Below, in pieces: positions 1 through 9,180 of a stretch of 64,000 nt of DNA. Position numbers and translations under genes: made by a program. How positions within the stretch are numbered: position 1 is the first letter of the stretch; each line of letters opens with the position of its first letter. This stretch comes from Myxococcota bacterium (lineage in GTDB: Bacteria > Myxococcota_A > UBA796 > UBA2385), in contig JBIJDH010000008.1 of assembly GCA_044344255.1 (NCBI GenBank), positions 212,640 through 276,639 of the forward strand, read 5' to 3'. Under the pieces are notes generated by a model. That model saw only the letters and a list, made by a program, of their open reading frames with translations, did not search any database and was not told where the DNA came from.

Positions 1-486
1 ATCCGCGCGACGGGCAACGAGAACCCCACCCTGGACGAGGCCTTCACCGGCAACGACCACCTCGACATCCCGCTCGGCACGCGACGCACCGCGGCCCGCA
101 GCCGAGACCGCTTCACCCTCGACCGCCTCCTCCACGATCGCGACCAGCGCGTGATCGCCATCCTGCTCGACAACCCCCGCATCATCGAGCGGGACGTCGT
201 CACGATCGCCGCGATGCGGCCCACCCGGCCGGAGCTGCTCACGGTCGTGGCCCGTCACCCCCGCTGGTCGAGCCGGGTCGCCGTGCGCCGGGCCCTGGTC
301 GCCAACCCCTACACGCCGGCCCCGATCGCGCGGCGCCTGCTGCCCACGATGTTGCAACAAGACCTCCGCGAGCTCGTGTTCGCCGGCGTCCTGCGCGGCG
401 ACCTCCAGGCCCTCGCCCGCAGCCTCGTCCAGCGACCCGCCCAGACCTTCACCCTCGAAGAGGGCGAGCCGAACGACGCCGGCTGA
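1..486 (+). CDS. Hypothetical protein, 5'-truncated (HEAT/LRV-like helical repeats)
   Basis: Frame is open from base 1 (IRATGNENPTL...RLLHDRDQRVIAILLDNPR...ALVANPYTP) to TGA at 486; host-like codon usage. Confidence 0.7.
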   Translation: MRATGNENPTLDEAFTGNDHLDIPLGTRRTAARSRDRFTLDRLLHDRDQRVIAILLDNPRIIERDVVTIAAMRPTRPELLTVVARHPRWSSRVAVRRALVANPYTPAPIARRLLPTMLQQDLRELVFAGVLRGDLQALARSLVQRPAQTFTLEEGEPNDAG

Positions 487-504
487 GGGCGCGGCGGGCC
501 CTGC

Positions 505-741
505 TCAGCGGCGGATCTCCTCGGCGTCGGCCGGGGAGCGCAGGGTCTCCCGATCGCGGTCTCGATCGGGGGTCACGTCGATCGCCTTCTCTTCGGGATC
601 TTTCATCCCGTCCTTGAAGGCCTTGACCCCCTTGCCCATCTGCCCGAGCACGTTCGGGAGCTTGCCGACCCCGAAGAAGATCAGGACGATGGCCAGGACG
701 AGGAGCAGCTCCGTGGTACCGATCATGCCGACTCCGAACAT
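505..741 (-). CDS. tatA: Sec-independent translocase subunit TatA/E
   Basis: MIGTTELLLVLAIVLIFFGVGKLPNVLGQMGKGVKAFKDGM is the TatA TM, FG hinge and amphipathic helix; AAGGTG RBS before ATG 741. Confidence 0.93.
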   Translation of the reverse strand: MFGVGMIGTTELLLVLAIVLIFFGVGKLPNVLGQMGKGVKAFKDGMKDPEEKAIDVTPDRDRDRETLRSPADAEEIRR

Positions 742-745
742 GCAT

Positions 746-2026
746 TCACCTTTCAGACGAGAGGAACAGAGCTTCACCCTGGCAGATGACCCCGCGCGCC
801 CGATGCGAGGCGAGGTGCTGGAAGAGGCTGGCGACCTCCGGGGGCTCCCCCGGCGGTGGCTCCATCAAGGCCATATCACCAACGCCGCCCAGGCCGAGCC
901 AGCCAAGCTCCGGATGGCCGAGCGCGCGCCCCGCGTGGCGGGTGAGGCCGAGCAGGGCCTCCTCGACGGTGAGCCCCTGGATCAAGCAGGCCAGGGTGCC
1001 GATCGCCCACGGATCGTAGACCGGTGAGGAGCCCGGGTTGAGGTCGGTGCCCAGCGCCATCGGCACCCCGGCCGCGCGCAGCTCGGCCACCGGGGGCGCG
1101 CAGTCGCGGAGGTAGAGCTGCGCCCCGGGGAGGAGCACCGCCACCGTGCCGTGATCGGCCAAAGCCTGCACCCCGGCGGCGTCGATCCGCTCGAGGTGAT
1201 CGACGCTCACCGCCCCGAGCGCGGCCGCGGCCGCCGCGACCCCCGTGTAGGCCACCTGCTCGGCGTGGGCCTTCACGCGGAGGCCCCGGGCCCGCCCGGC
1301 GGAGAGGATCTCGACCGCCTCATCGAGGGTGAAGGCGCCCCGATCGCAGTAGACGTCGATGGCCTCGGCGTGGGGCGCGCAGCGGGGGAGCTGCTCGTCG
1401 ATGATCTGGCGCACGTAGGCCGCGCGGTCGCCCCGGAGCTCGGCGGGGAGGGTGTGGGCGCCGAGGAAGGTGGGGATCACCCGCAGGGGCCCGGCGCAGT
1501 CGGCGGCGGCCTGGAGCATGCGCAGCTCGACCTCGGGATCGAGCCCGTAGCCGCTCTTCACCTCCACCGTGGTGACCCCGCGCCGGAGCAGGTGGTCGAG
1601 GCGGGCGCGACCGAGGGCGGCGAGGCCAGCGCGGCTGGCGGCCCGGGTGGCCCGGACGGTGGAGAGGATGCCGCCGCCGGCCTCGAGGAGCTCCGAGTAG
1701 CTGCGGCCGGCGAGGCGCTGCTCGAATTCGACCGCCCGGCTGCCGGCCCAGATCGCGTGGGTGTGCGGGTCTACGAGGCCGGGGAGGCCGATGAGGCCGC
1801 GGCCGTCGATGACCCGGTCGGCATCGGGGGCGCGGGCCGCCTCACCGATGAAGCTCACCCGACCGTCGCGGAAGGCGACGCTCGCCCCCCGGAGGAGCCC
1901 GAGCCCGGGGAGGGAGGGGTCACAGGTGTAGAGGGTGGCGAGGTCGTGGACGAGCAGGTCGGCGCGACCGCGCTCCGGGAGAGCGCCGTCGGGGCGATCG
2001 TGCGGGGTCTGGGGCGCGTCGTTCAT
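746..2026 (-). CDS. hutI: Imidazolonepropionase
   Basis: PGLVDPHTH, GGGILSTVRATR, GVTTVEVKSGYGL, TFLGAH, HAEQ, SVDHLE, GTDLNPGSSP motifs. Confidence 0.95.
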   Translation of the reverse strand: MNDAPQTPHDRPDGALPERGRADLLVHDLATLYTCDPSLPGLGLLRGASVAFRDGRVSFIGEAARAPDADRVIDGRGLIGLPGLVDPHTHAIWAGSRAVEFEQRLAGRSYSELLEAGGGILSTVRATRAASRAGLAALGRARLDHLLRRGVTTVEVKSGYGLDPEVELRMLQAAADCAGPLRVIPTFLGAHTLPAELRGDRAAYVRQIIDEQLPRCAPHAEAIDVYCDRGAFTLDEAVEILSAGRARGLRVKAHAEQVAYTGVAAAAAALGAVSVDHLERIDAAGVQALADHGTVAVLLPGAQLYLRDCAPPVAELRAAGVPMALGTDLNPGSSPVYDPWAIGTLACLIQGLTVEEALLGLTRHAGRALGHPELGWLGLGGVGDMALMEPPPGEPPEVASLFQHLASHRARGVICQGEALFLSSER

Positions 2027-2062
2027 GGCGGAGGGGCCTCCTCGTATCCGGCCTCGAAGGCC

Positions 2063-2110
2063 GCTGGGGCACTGGGCCGCTGGGGCGCTGGGGCGCTGGG
2101 GCGCTGGGCG
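2063..2110 (+). repeat. Intergenic 8-bp tandem repeat (gctggggc) x6, two units imperfect
   Basis: gctggggc actgggcc gctggggc gctggggc gctggggc gctgggcg. Confidence 0.85.
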
Positions 2111-2117
2111 GCGCCCT

Positions 2118-2999
2118 TCAGCGTTTCTTCGCCACGACCAGCATCACGTCGCGCGGATCGAGGTGGGCCGATCGCCCGCCGATCGCCCCTCTCCCGAGCC
2201 GGGCCAGGGGGCGGGCCGCAGCGCCGAACATCCGCTGCAGGCGGTTGGTGACGAGCCGGATGCTGACGTCGCGGCCGACGGTGCCGGCTTCGAGGGTGTG
2301 GAAGCCCTCCCGATCGAGCAGGCGGCGCAGCGTCTCTTCGGTGAAGAACCACGCGTGCTCCGGAATGATCTGCCGCCATCGCGCGCCCAAGAGCCGAAAC
2401 CAGGGGTTGTCGAGGGTGGGCGTCTCGATGAGGAAGAGGCCCCCGGGGCGGAGCAGCTCGGCCACCCGCGCGACCTCGGCGCAAGGATCGGGCAGGTGCT
2501 CGATGACGTGCAGCATCACCACGACGTCGAAGGAGGCGGGCGCGTACCCCGCCTCCGCCAGCGTGCCCGGGAAGAGCGTGACCCCGTGCTCCGACCGGGC
2601 CACCTCGACGAGGCGACGGTTCGGCTCCACCCCGGCGACCTCGAAGCCGCGCGCTCTCGCCAGAGCGAGGAGCTGGCCGTCGCTCGCGCCCACCTCGAGG
2701 AGCCGCCGACCCGGGGCGTGTCGCTGCAGCGCGTCGAGGCGCCGCCGCAGGCCGGCCGCGCGGTTCTCGCGCTCCGCCGCCTCGACCTCAGGGTCCAGGA
2801 ACAAGCTGCGACGGGCCTCCTCGGCGATGCGCTCCGCGGCGGCGTCGGCCGAGTGGCCGCCCTCCCCCATCTGGAAGCGGCCCTCCGACTCGACGCGCAC
2901 GAGGCCACAGCCCGCGCAGCGCAGGAGCGGCCCGTCGAGCTTGGGGCTGCGGAGGAGCTCGACGGCCTCGGTCGAGGCGCAGAGGACACAGGGCTTCAC
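2118..2999 (-). CDS. Class I SAM-dependent methyltransferase with N-terminal CxxC...CxxC
   Basis: GTG start after CAGGAG; CVLC/CAGC; LLEVGASDG; FDVVVMLHVIEHL; LRPGG. Only the C-terminal part of the 1160-aa track ORF is real. Confidence 0.88.
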   Translation of the reverse strand: MKPCVLCASTEAVELLRSPKLDGPLLRCAGCGLVRVESEGRFQMGEGGHSADAAAERIAEEARRSLFLDPEVEAAERENRAAGLRRRLDALQRHAPGRRLLEVGASDGQLLALARARGFEVAGVEPNRRLVEVARSEHGVTLFPGTLAEAGYAPASFDVVVMLHVIEHLPDPCAEVARVAELLRPGGLFLIETPTLDNPWFRLLGARWRQIIPEHAWFFTEETLRRLLDREGFHTLEAGTVGRDVSIRLVTNRLQRMFGAAARPLARLGRGAIGGRSAHLDPRDVMLVVAKKR

Positions 3000-3107
3000 G
3001 GCGGACTCCTGGTCTGGCGAGCGGCGGGTGCGCGCAGGGTCTGAGGAGAAGAGGTCGGGTGTTATCATGCCGGACCCGCCGCAACCGTCGGCCGACCCGG
3101 ACCTGTC

Positions 3108-4577
3108 ATGACCCGCCTCCCCGTCGTCGGCCCCTGTCTCGGCCTCCTCCTCGGCTGCGCGAACGCCGCGCCTTCGGGCGCGCCGCCCCGCCCGCCGACG
3201 ACCACCCCGCCGACGACCGCCCCACCATCGGCCGCCCCGCCGACCTCCGAAGCCCCCGCCGCCTCGCTCGCCGCCCCACCGGCCGCGCCGAGCCGCCCGC
3301 GTGGCGCCACCACCTTCGGCGTGAACGATCCCATCACCATCCCCAAGCTCTTCATCGACCGGGGCGACTACCCTCGGGAGCGGGAGCCCCTCATGCTCGC
3401 CGCGAACGCCGCCCTGGTCGTTTCGGTGGGAGCGCGGGCGGTGCGGGGCTCCACCCCCGTCTATCCCTACCTTGACCATTCCACCTTGATCGCCAACAAT
3501 TGGGACTGGACCCGCCCCGACAACTGGGCGCGCGCGGTCGGCGAGGCGGGCCTCGAGCCCCTGCTCATGCTTGGCCCCTGGCCTGGCAACAAGACGGCCG
3601 GCTACACCGATCAGTACGTGCCGAGCGACATGGCCGCCTATCAGGCCTATGTCCGCCGCGTGGTCGAGCGGTACGACGGGGATGGCACCGACGACATGCC
3701 CGGCCTCTCGGTGGCGGTGAAGGTGTGGGAGGTCGACAACGAGCCCGATCTCCACAACACCCGCCCGCCCAAGGGGATGACCTCGAAGGTCGAGCCGAAG
3801 GACTTCGAGAAGCCCTCCGAATACGCCCGCGTGCTCGTCGCCACCGCCGCCGCCATCCGGGAGGCCGATCCCACCGCCAAGGTGGCGTCGGCCGGCTTCT
3901 ATGGCTCGGCCATCGTGTCGGGACAGGACTACATGCGGGCGGTCTTTCGGGAGCCCGGCGCCCTCGCGGCCATCGACATCATCAACGTCCACTGCTACTT
4001 CGACACCAACAACCTCGACGCCATCGAGAAGAGCCTCGCCATCGCCAAGGAGGTCGCACCGGGGCGGCCGATCTGGGTGACCGAGACGAGCGTGCCCTCC
4101 GACAAACGAAAACCCTGGGCGGACGAGGCCTGGCAGGCCCGGATGGTGGCCGCGGTCTATGGCGCCTATCTGGCCGGCGGCGCCGAGCGGATCTTCTGGC
4201 ACACCTTGGCCGATCCCCCGCCCAACCCGAACGCACCGCACTCCTCGTTCAGCACCAACTCCCTGTTCCGGCGCACACCCCCGCCCGGCGGTGCCAGCGG
4301 CTCGGGCCCCCGGAAGGGGGGCGGCGTGGAGGAGAAGCCCGCGGCCCAGGTGTACAAGCGCCTCGCCGCCCACATGGCGGGCCTGGACCCCTCCGCCCTG
4401 CGCGAGGAGCCGGCGTCCGGGGGCCGCCTGCTCTGGACCGGCCAGGGCTGGCTGGCCTTTTGGGGCACCCCACAGGTGCCCTCCAACGGGGGCGTCGTCG
4501 AAGACCTGCTGACCGGCACCACCACCGCGGGCCTGAGCGAGGTGGTGGCCCCGGCCTGGATCACGCCGCGCCCCTGA
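3108..4577 (+). CDS. Lipoprotein glycoside hydrolase, clan GH-A TIM barrel (GH39/GH5-like)
   Basis: Lipobox LLGC, Pro/Thr linker, WEVDNEPD (acid/base), IINVHCY, PIWVTE (nucleophile). Confidence 0.78.
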   Translation: MTRLPVVGPCLGLLLGCANAAPSGAPPRPPTTTPPTTAPPSAAPPTSEAPAASLAAPPAAPSRPRGATTFGVNDPITIPKLFIDRGDYPREREPLMLAANAALVVSVGARAVRGSTPVYPYLDHSTLIANNWDWTRPDNWARAVGEAGLEPLLMLGPWPGNKTAGYTDQYVPSDMAAYQAYVRRVVERYDGDGTDDMPGLSVAVKVWEVDNEPDLHNTRPPKGMTSKVEPKDFEKPSEYARVLVATAAAIREADPTAKVASAGFYGSAIVSGQDYMRAVFREPGALAAIDIINVHCYFDTNNLDAIEKSLAIAKEVAPGRPIWVTETSVPSDKRKPWADEAWQARMVAAVYGAYLAGGAERIFWHTLADPPPNPNAPHSSFSTNSLFRRTPPPGGASGSGPRKGGGVEEKPAAQVYKRLAAHMAGLDPSALREEPASGGRLLWTGQGWLAFWGTPQVPSNGGVVEDLLTGTTTAGLSEVVAPAWITPRP

Positions 4578-4648
4578 GCGCCGCCGCGCGTCGCGGCTGA
4601 GGAGAGCGACCGCCCGGTCCGGCAGGCCTTCGCATCGGCGCCCCGCGG

Positions 4649-4670
4649 CTGCCATCGAGCTGTCACACAA
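4649..4670 (+). promoter_or_regulatory. Pho box (PhoB-type) upstream of pstS
   Basis: CTGCCAT-CGAG-CTGTCAC-ACAA: two heptamers at 11-bp period resembling CTGTCAT, 34 bp upstream of the pstS ATG. Confidence 0.75.
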
Positions 4671-4703
4671 GAGGTTTAGATCCGGCGCCACCCCGGAGGT
4701 CCC

Positions 4704-5861
4704 ATGATCCGCCCGCGCTCCCTCGCCCTCCTCCCCCTGCTGGCCCTCGCCTGCTCGAACCAGCCCGCCGGCGATGGCGCCAAGAAGGGCCCCGAGGTGC
4801 CCGCCGAGGCCCCGAAGAAGGTCGACGCCGCGCCGATCGTCATCGACGGCTCCAGCACGGTCTACCCGATCACGGAGGCCGTGGCCGAGGAGTTCCAGAA
4901 GACCCACCCCGGCGTGAAGGTCACCATCGGCGTGAGCGGCACCGGCGGCGGCATGAAGAAGCTCTGCGCCGGTGAGCTCGCCATCGCGGGCGCCTCCCGC
5001 CCGATCAAGACGAGCGAGGCCGAGGCCTGCAAGGCCGCCGGCATCGAGCTCATCGAGCTCCCCGTGGCCTACGACGGCCTCGCCATCCTGGTCAACCCCC
5101 AGAACACCTGGGTCGACAGCATGACGGTGGCCGAGCTCAAGGCGCTCTGGGCCCCCGAGGCCCAGGGTAAGGTCAAGACCTGGGCCGACGTCCGGAAGGG
5201 CTGGCCCAAGGAGGAGATCCATCTCTTCGGCGCTGGCGTCGACTCCGGCACCTATGACTACTTCACCCAGGCCATCGTGGGCGAAGAGCACAAGAGCCGC
5301 GGCGACTTCACGAGCAGCGAGGACGACAACGTGCTCGTCCAGGGCATCGGCTCCGACAAGCTGGCGCTCGGCTTCTTCGGCTACGCCTACTTCGAGCAGA
5401 ACCAGGACAAGCTGAAGCTCGTCCCCGTGGATGACGGCGTCGCCGACAACGGCGCCGGCCCGATCTCGCCCTCCCCGATCACCGTGCGCGACGGCACCTA
5501 TCAACCCCTGTCCCGCCCGCTCTTCATCTACGTGAGCGTGAAGGCCGCGGCGCGCCCCGAGGTCAAGGACTTCATCCACTACTACCTCGGCGAGGGCCAC
5601 AAGCTGGTCGCCGAGACGGGCTACATCGCCCTCCCCGACTCGGCCTACACGCTCGTCAACGCCCGCTTCGACCAGGGCAAGACGGGCTCGGCCTTCTCGG
5701 GTGGGAGCAAGACCGGCGTGACGATCGAGCAGCTCCTCCAGGCTGAAGGCGCGGCCGCCCCGGCCGACCCTGCGGCCGCCCCGGCTGACCCTGCTGCCAC
5801 CCCGGGCGCCCCCGCCGCCGCCCCTGCCGCCGCTCCGGCCACCCCGGCCGCGAAGCCCTGA
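4704..5861 (+). CDS. pstS: Phosphate ABC transporter substrate-binding lipoprotein
   Basis: Lipobox [44 protein letters not shown]; Ala/Pro-rich tail. Confidence 0.96.
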   Translation: MIRPRSLALLPLLALACSNQPAGDGAKKGPEVPAEAPKKVDAAPIVIDGSSTVYPITEAVAEEFQKTHPGVKVTIGVSGTGGGMKKLCAGELAIAGASRPIKTSEAEACKAAGIELIELPVAYDGLAILVNPQNTWVDSMTVAELKALWAPEAQGKVKTWADVRKGWPKEEIHLFGAGVDSGTYDYFTQAIVGEEHKSRGDFTSSEDDNVLVQGIGSDKLALGFFGYAYFEQNQDKLKLVPVDDGVADNGAGPISPSPITVRDGTYQPLSRPLFIYVSVKAAARPEVKDFIHYYLGEGHKLVAETGYIALPDSAYTLVNARFDQGKTGSAFSGGSKTGVTIEQLLQAEGAAAPADPAAAPADPAATPGAPAAAPAAAPATPAAKP

Positions 5862-6784
5862 TGTCCTCCGGAGGCGAGGCCGCCGGGCGCTTCAACACGA
5901 AGAGCGGCGCACACCCGCTCGGCGAGCGCATCGTCGAGGGGGCGCTCCTCCTCTGCGGTGTCCTCTCCGTGCTGACCACCGCGGGCATCATCACGGTGCT
6001 GGCGCAGGAGACCTGGGCCTTCTTCGCAGAGGTGGGCGTCGCCGCCTTCCTCTTCGACACCCAGTGGACCCCCCTCTTCTCCGACGCCCACTTCGGCATC
6101 TGGCCCCTCGTCTCCGGCACCTTCCTGACCAGCGCCATCGCGATCGCGGTGGCGCTGCCCTTCGGCTTGTTGGCCGCGATCTACCTCTCCGAGTTCGCGC
6201 CCCCGAAGCTCCGGCGGGTCCTCAAGCCCATGCTCGAGCTGCTCGCCGGCGTCCCCACCGTGGTCTTCGGCTACTTCGCGCTGGTCACCGTGACCCCCGC
6301 CCTCCAAAAGGTGATCCCGAACCTCGCCGGCTTCAACTCGCTGTCGGCAGGCATCGTGATGGGGGTGATGATCATCCCGATGATCTCGTCGCTCTCCGAA
6401 GACGCCCTCTTCGCCGTCCCGCGCAGCTTGAGGGAGGGGGCGTGGGCCCTCGGCGCCGGCAAGCTGCCCACGCTCTTCCGGGTCGTGCTGCCCGCCGCGC
6501 GCTCCGGGGTGCTGGCCGCCCTCACGCTCGCGGTCTCGCGGGCCGTGGGCGAGACGATGATCGTCGCCATCGCCGCCGGTCAGCAGCCCCGGCTGACCCT
6601 CGACCCCCGCGTCCCCCTCGAGACGATGACCGCCTACATCGTCCAGGTGAGCATGGGTGACCTCCCGCACGGCACCCTCGGCTACCGCACGATCTTCGCG
6701 GTGGGCTCCGCGCTCTTCCTCATGACCTTCACGATGAACATCTTCGGTCAGCGCCTCGCGGCGAAGGCGCGGAGGCTCGGATGA
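5861..6784 (+). CDS. pstC: Phosphate ABC transporter permease
   Basis: [31 protein letters not shown]; operon position. Confidence 0.96.
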   Translation: MSSGGEAAGRFNTKSGAHPLGERIVEGALLLCGVLSVLTTAGIITVLAQETWAFFAEVGVAAFLFDTQWTPLFSDAHFGIWPLVSGTFLTSAIAIAVALPFGLLAAIYLSEFAPPKLRRVLKPMLELLAGVPTVVFGYFALVTVTPALQKVIPNLAGFNSLSAGIVMGVMIIPMISSLSEDALFAVPRSLREGAWALGAGKLPTLFRVVLPAARSGVLAALTLAVSRAVGETMIVAIAAGQQPRLTLDPRVPLETMTAYIVQVSMGDLPHGTLGYRTIFAVGSALFLMTFTMNIFGQRLAAKARRLG

Positions 6785-7653
6785 GCGCCCTCTCCACCGA
6801 GCATCGGCGCGGAGATCGCCGGGCGGAGCGGGCCTTCGAGTGGCTCTGCCTCGCCGCCGTCGTGCTCCCCCTCGGCCTGCTCGGCTTCCTGCTCATCGAG
6901 GGCCTCCGAGACGGGATCTCCCGCCTCAGCCTCGACTTCCTGACCAGCTACCCCTCCCGGAAGTGGGAGGAGGCGGGCGTGTTGCCCTCGCTGGTCGGCA
7001 GCGTGTACCTCCTCGTGCTCACCGCGGCGATCGCGCTGCCGATCGGCGTCGGCGCGGCCGTCTACCTCGAGGAGTACGGCAAACAGGGCCGGCTCGCGCG
7101 CGTCATCGAGATCAACATCGCCAACCTCGCCGGCGTGCCCTCGATCCTCTACGGTCTGCTCGGGCTCGGTGTCTTCGTGCGAGCCCTCGGTATGGGCCGC
7201 AGCCTGATCGCCGGGGCCTGCACCCTCGCCCTGCTCGTGTTGCCCATCGTCATCTTGTCCACCCGAGAGGCGCTGCGCACGGTGCCGAACAGCCTCCGCG
7301 AGGCCGCGCTCGCCCTCGGCGCCACCCGCTGGCAGGCGATCCGCCAGGTGGTGCTGCCGATGGCCTTCCCCGGCATCCTGACCGGCGCCATCCTCGCCGT
7401 GTCCCGGGCCATCGGCGAGACCGCCCCCCTGGTCGTCGTGGGCGCCCTCACCTACGTCACCTTCCTGCCCGACGGCCTCGACGCCCCCTTCACCGCCTTG
7501 CCGATCCAGATCTTCAACTGGGTCAGCCGCCCCCAGAAGGGCTTCCTCACGGACGCCGCAGCCGCGATCACCGTGCTACTCGCCACCTTGCTCCTCATCA
7601 ACCTCAGCGCCATCCTGCTAAGAGACCGGCTGCAGAAGCGCCTGAACGGGTAG
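6781..7653 (+). CDS. pstA: Phosphate ABC transporter permease
   Basis: [36 protein letters not shown]. Confidence 0.96.
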   Translation: MSALSTEHRRGDRRAERAFEWLCLAAVVLPLGLLGFLLIEGLRDGISRLSLDFLTSYPSRKWEEAGVLPSLVGSVYLLVLTAAIALPIGVGAAVYLEEYGKQGRLARVIEINIANLAGVPSILYGLLGLGVFVRALGMGRSLIAGACTLALLVLPIVILSTREALRTVPNSLREAALALGATRWQAIRQVVLPMAFPGILTGAILAVSRAIGETAPLVVVGALTYVTFLPDGLDAPFTALPIQIFNWVSRPQKGFLTDAAAAITVLLATLLLINLSAILLRDRLQKRLNG

Positions 7654-7658
7654 GAACC

Positions 7659-8450
7659 GTGGAAAAAGCACCGATCTCCGCACCCAGCTCACGCCCACCC
7701 AAGTACGCGGTGAGCGCGCTGCGCGCCGGATTTGGCGCGGCGGAGGTGTTGAAGGGCATCGACCTCGACCTCCCCGAGAAGACGGTCACCGCGATCATCG
7801 GGCCCTCGGGCTGCGGGAAATCTACCTTCATCCGCACCCTCAACCGCATGCACGAGCTCGTGCCGGGGGCCTGGGCCAAGGGCCGGATCGAGCTCGACGG
7901 CGAGGACATCCAGGGCGCGGAGGTCGATCCCGTTCTGCTGCGGCGCCGGGTGGGGATGGTCTTCCAAAAGCCGAACCCCTTCCCGACGATGAGCATCCGC
8001 GAGAACACCCTCGCCGGCCTCCGCCTCACACACCGGCTCAAGCGCGCCGACGCCGACGGGGTCCTCGAGCGGGCCCTCAGCCAGGCCGCCCTCTGGGGCG
8101 AGGTCAAGGACCGCCTCGACGCCCCGGGCATGAGCCTGTCGGGCGGCCAGCAGCAGCGGCTCTGCATCGCGCGCGCCCTCGCCGTCGATCCCGACGTCCT
8201 CCTGATGGACGAGCCCTGCTCGGCGCTCGACCCCATCGCCACCGCCCGCATCGAAGATCTCCTCCACGAGCTGCAGGAGCGCTACACCATCGTCATCGTG
8301 ACCCACTCCATGCAGCAGGCGGCCCGGGTCTCCAAGCGCACCGCCTTCTTCCTGATGGGCGAGCTCGTGGAGCTCGATGACACCGACAAGGTGTTCTCAG
8401 CACCCACCGATTCGCGCACCGAGGACTACATCACGGGGCGCTTCGGGTAG
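7659..8450 (+). CDS. pstB: Phosphate ABC transporter ATP-binding protein
   Basis: [59 protein letters not shown]; probable GTG start at 7659. Confidence 0.96.
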   Translation: MEKAPISAPSSRPPKYAVSALRAGFGAAEVLKGIDLDLPEKTVTAIIGPSGCGKSTFIRTLNRMHELVPGAWAKGRIELDGEDIQGAEVDPVLLRRRVGMVFQKPNPFPTMSIRENTLAGLRLTHRLKRADADGVLERALSQAALWGEVKDRLDAPGMSLSGGQQQRLCIARALAVDPDVLLMDEPCSALDPIATARIEDLLHELQERYTIVIVTHSMQQAARVSKRTAFFLMGELVELDDTDKVFSAPTDSRTEDYITGRFG

Positions 8451-8467
8451 GCTGCTCTCTTTGTGGG

Positions 8468-9157
8468 ATGGAACGCATGGGCTCGCGACACACGGACCGG
8501 GAATTCGAGCAGGAGCTAGAAGGCCTCCGACAGCGCATCCTGCGCATGGGCGGACGCGTCGAAGAGATGATGTCCCGCGCCGTCACCGCCGTCGGCCAGG
8601 GGCGCCCCGAGGACGCACGCGCCACCATCCTCCTCGATCGGCAGGTCAACCAGGACGAGCTCGAGGTCGACGAGGTCTGCTTGCGCCTGCTCGCGCGCTG
8701 GCAGCCGATGGCCTCTGACCTCCGCTTCATCCTCTTCTCGGTGAAGGTGGTGACCGACCTCGAGCGTATCGGAGACCTCGCGGTGAACATCTGCGAGCGC
8801 GCCGTCGATCTCGGAGAGGCCAGCCCCGCTGACTTGGCGCCCGAGCTGCCGGCCATAGCCCGCATCGTCTCTGCGATGCTCTCCGGCGCCATTGAGGCCT
8901 TCGTCGATCGGGACGCAGAAAAGGCCCGCGCCGTCATCAGCCGCGACGATGAGGTCGATGAGCTCTACCACATCATCTTCGGCCGACAGGTGGCCCGAAT
9001 GAGCACCGACCCCGGCATCGCAGACCGACACATCTCCGTGCTCAACGTCGCGCGGTACCTCGAGCGGGCCGGCGACCACTGTACCAACCTCTGCGAGCAG
9101 GTCATCTTCCTGGTGCGCGGCCAAGACGTCCGGCACCAGGGCAAGCGCGTGCACTGA
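8468..9157 (+). CDS. phoU: Phosphate signalling protein PhoU
   Basis: QPMASDLR, DLERIGDLA, DDEVDELY, YLERAGDHCTNLCE. Confidence 0.95.
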   Translation: MERMGSRHTDREFEQELEGLRQRILRMGGRVEEMMSRAVTAVGQGRPEDARATILLDRQVNQDELEVDEVCLRLLARWQPMASDLRFILFSVKVVTDLERIGDLAVNICERAVDLGEASPADLAPELPAIARIVSAMLSGAIEAFVDRDAEKARAVISRDDEVDELYHIIFGRQVARMSTDPGIADRHISVLNVARYLERAGDHCTNLCEQVIFLVRGQDVRHQGKRVH

Positions 9158-9180
9158 GCGGCCGCGCCCGGAGCGTTCGC

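Noticed and set aside
3000..5600. N-terminal ~870 aa of the 1160-aa minus-strand ORF
   Set aside because: Antisense shadow of the GH and pstS genes, typical of high-GC DNA
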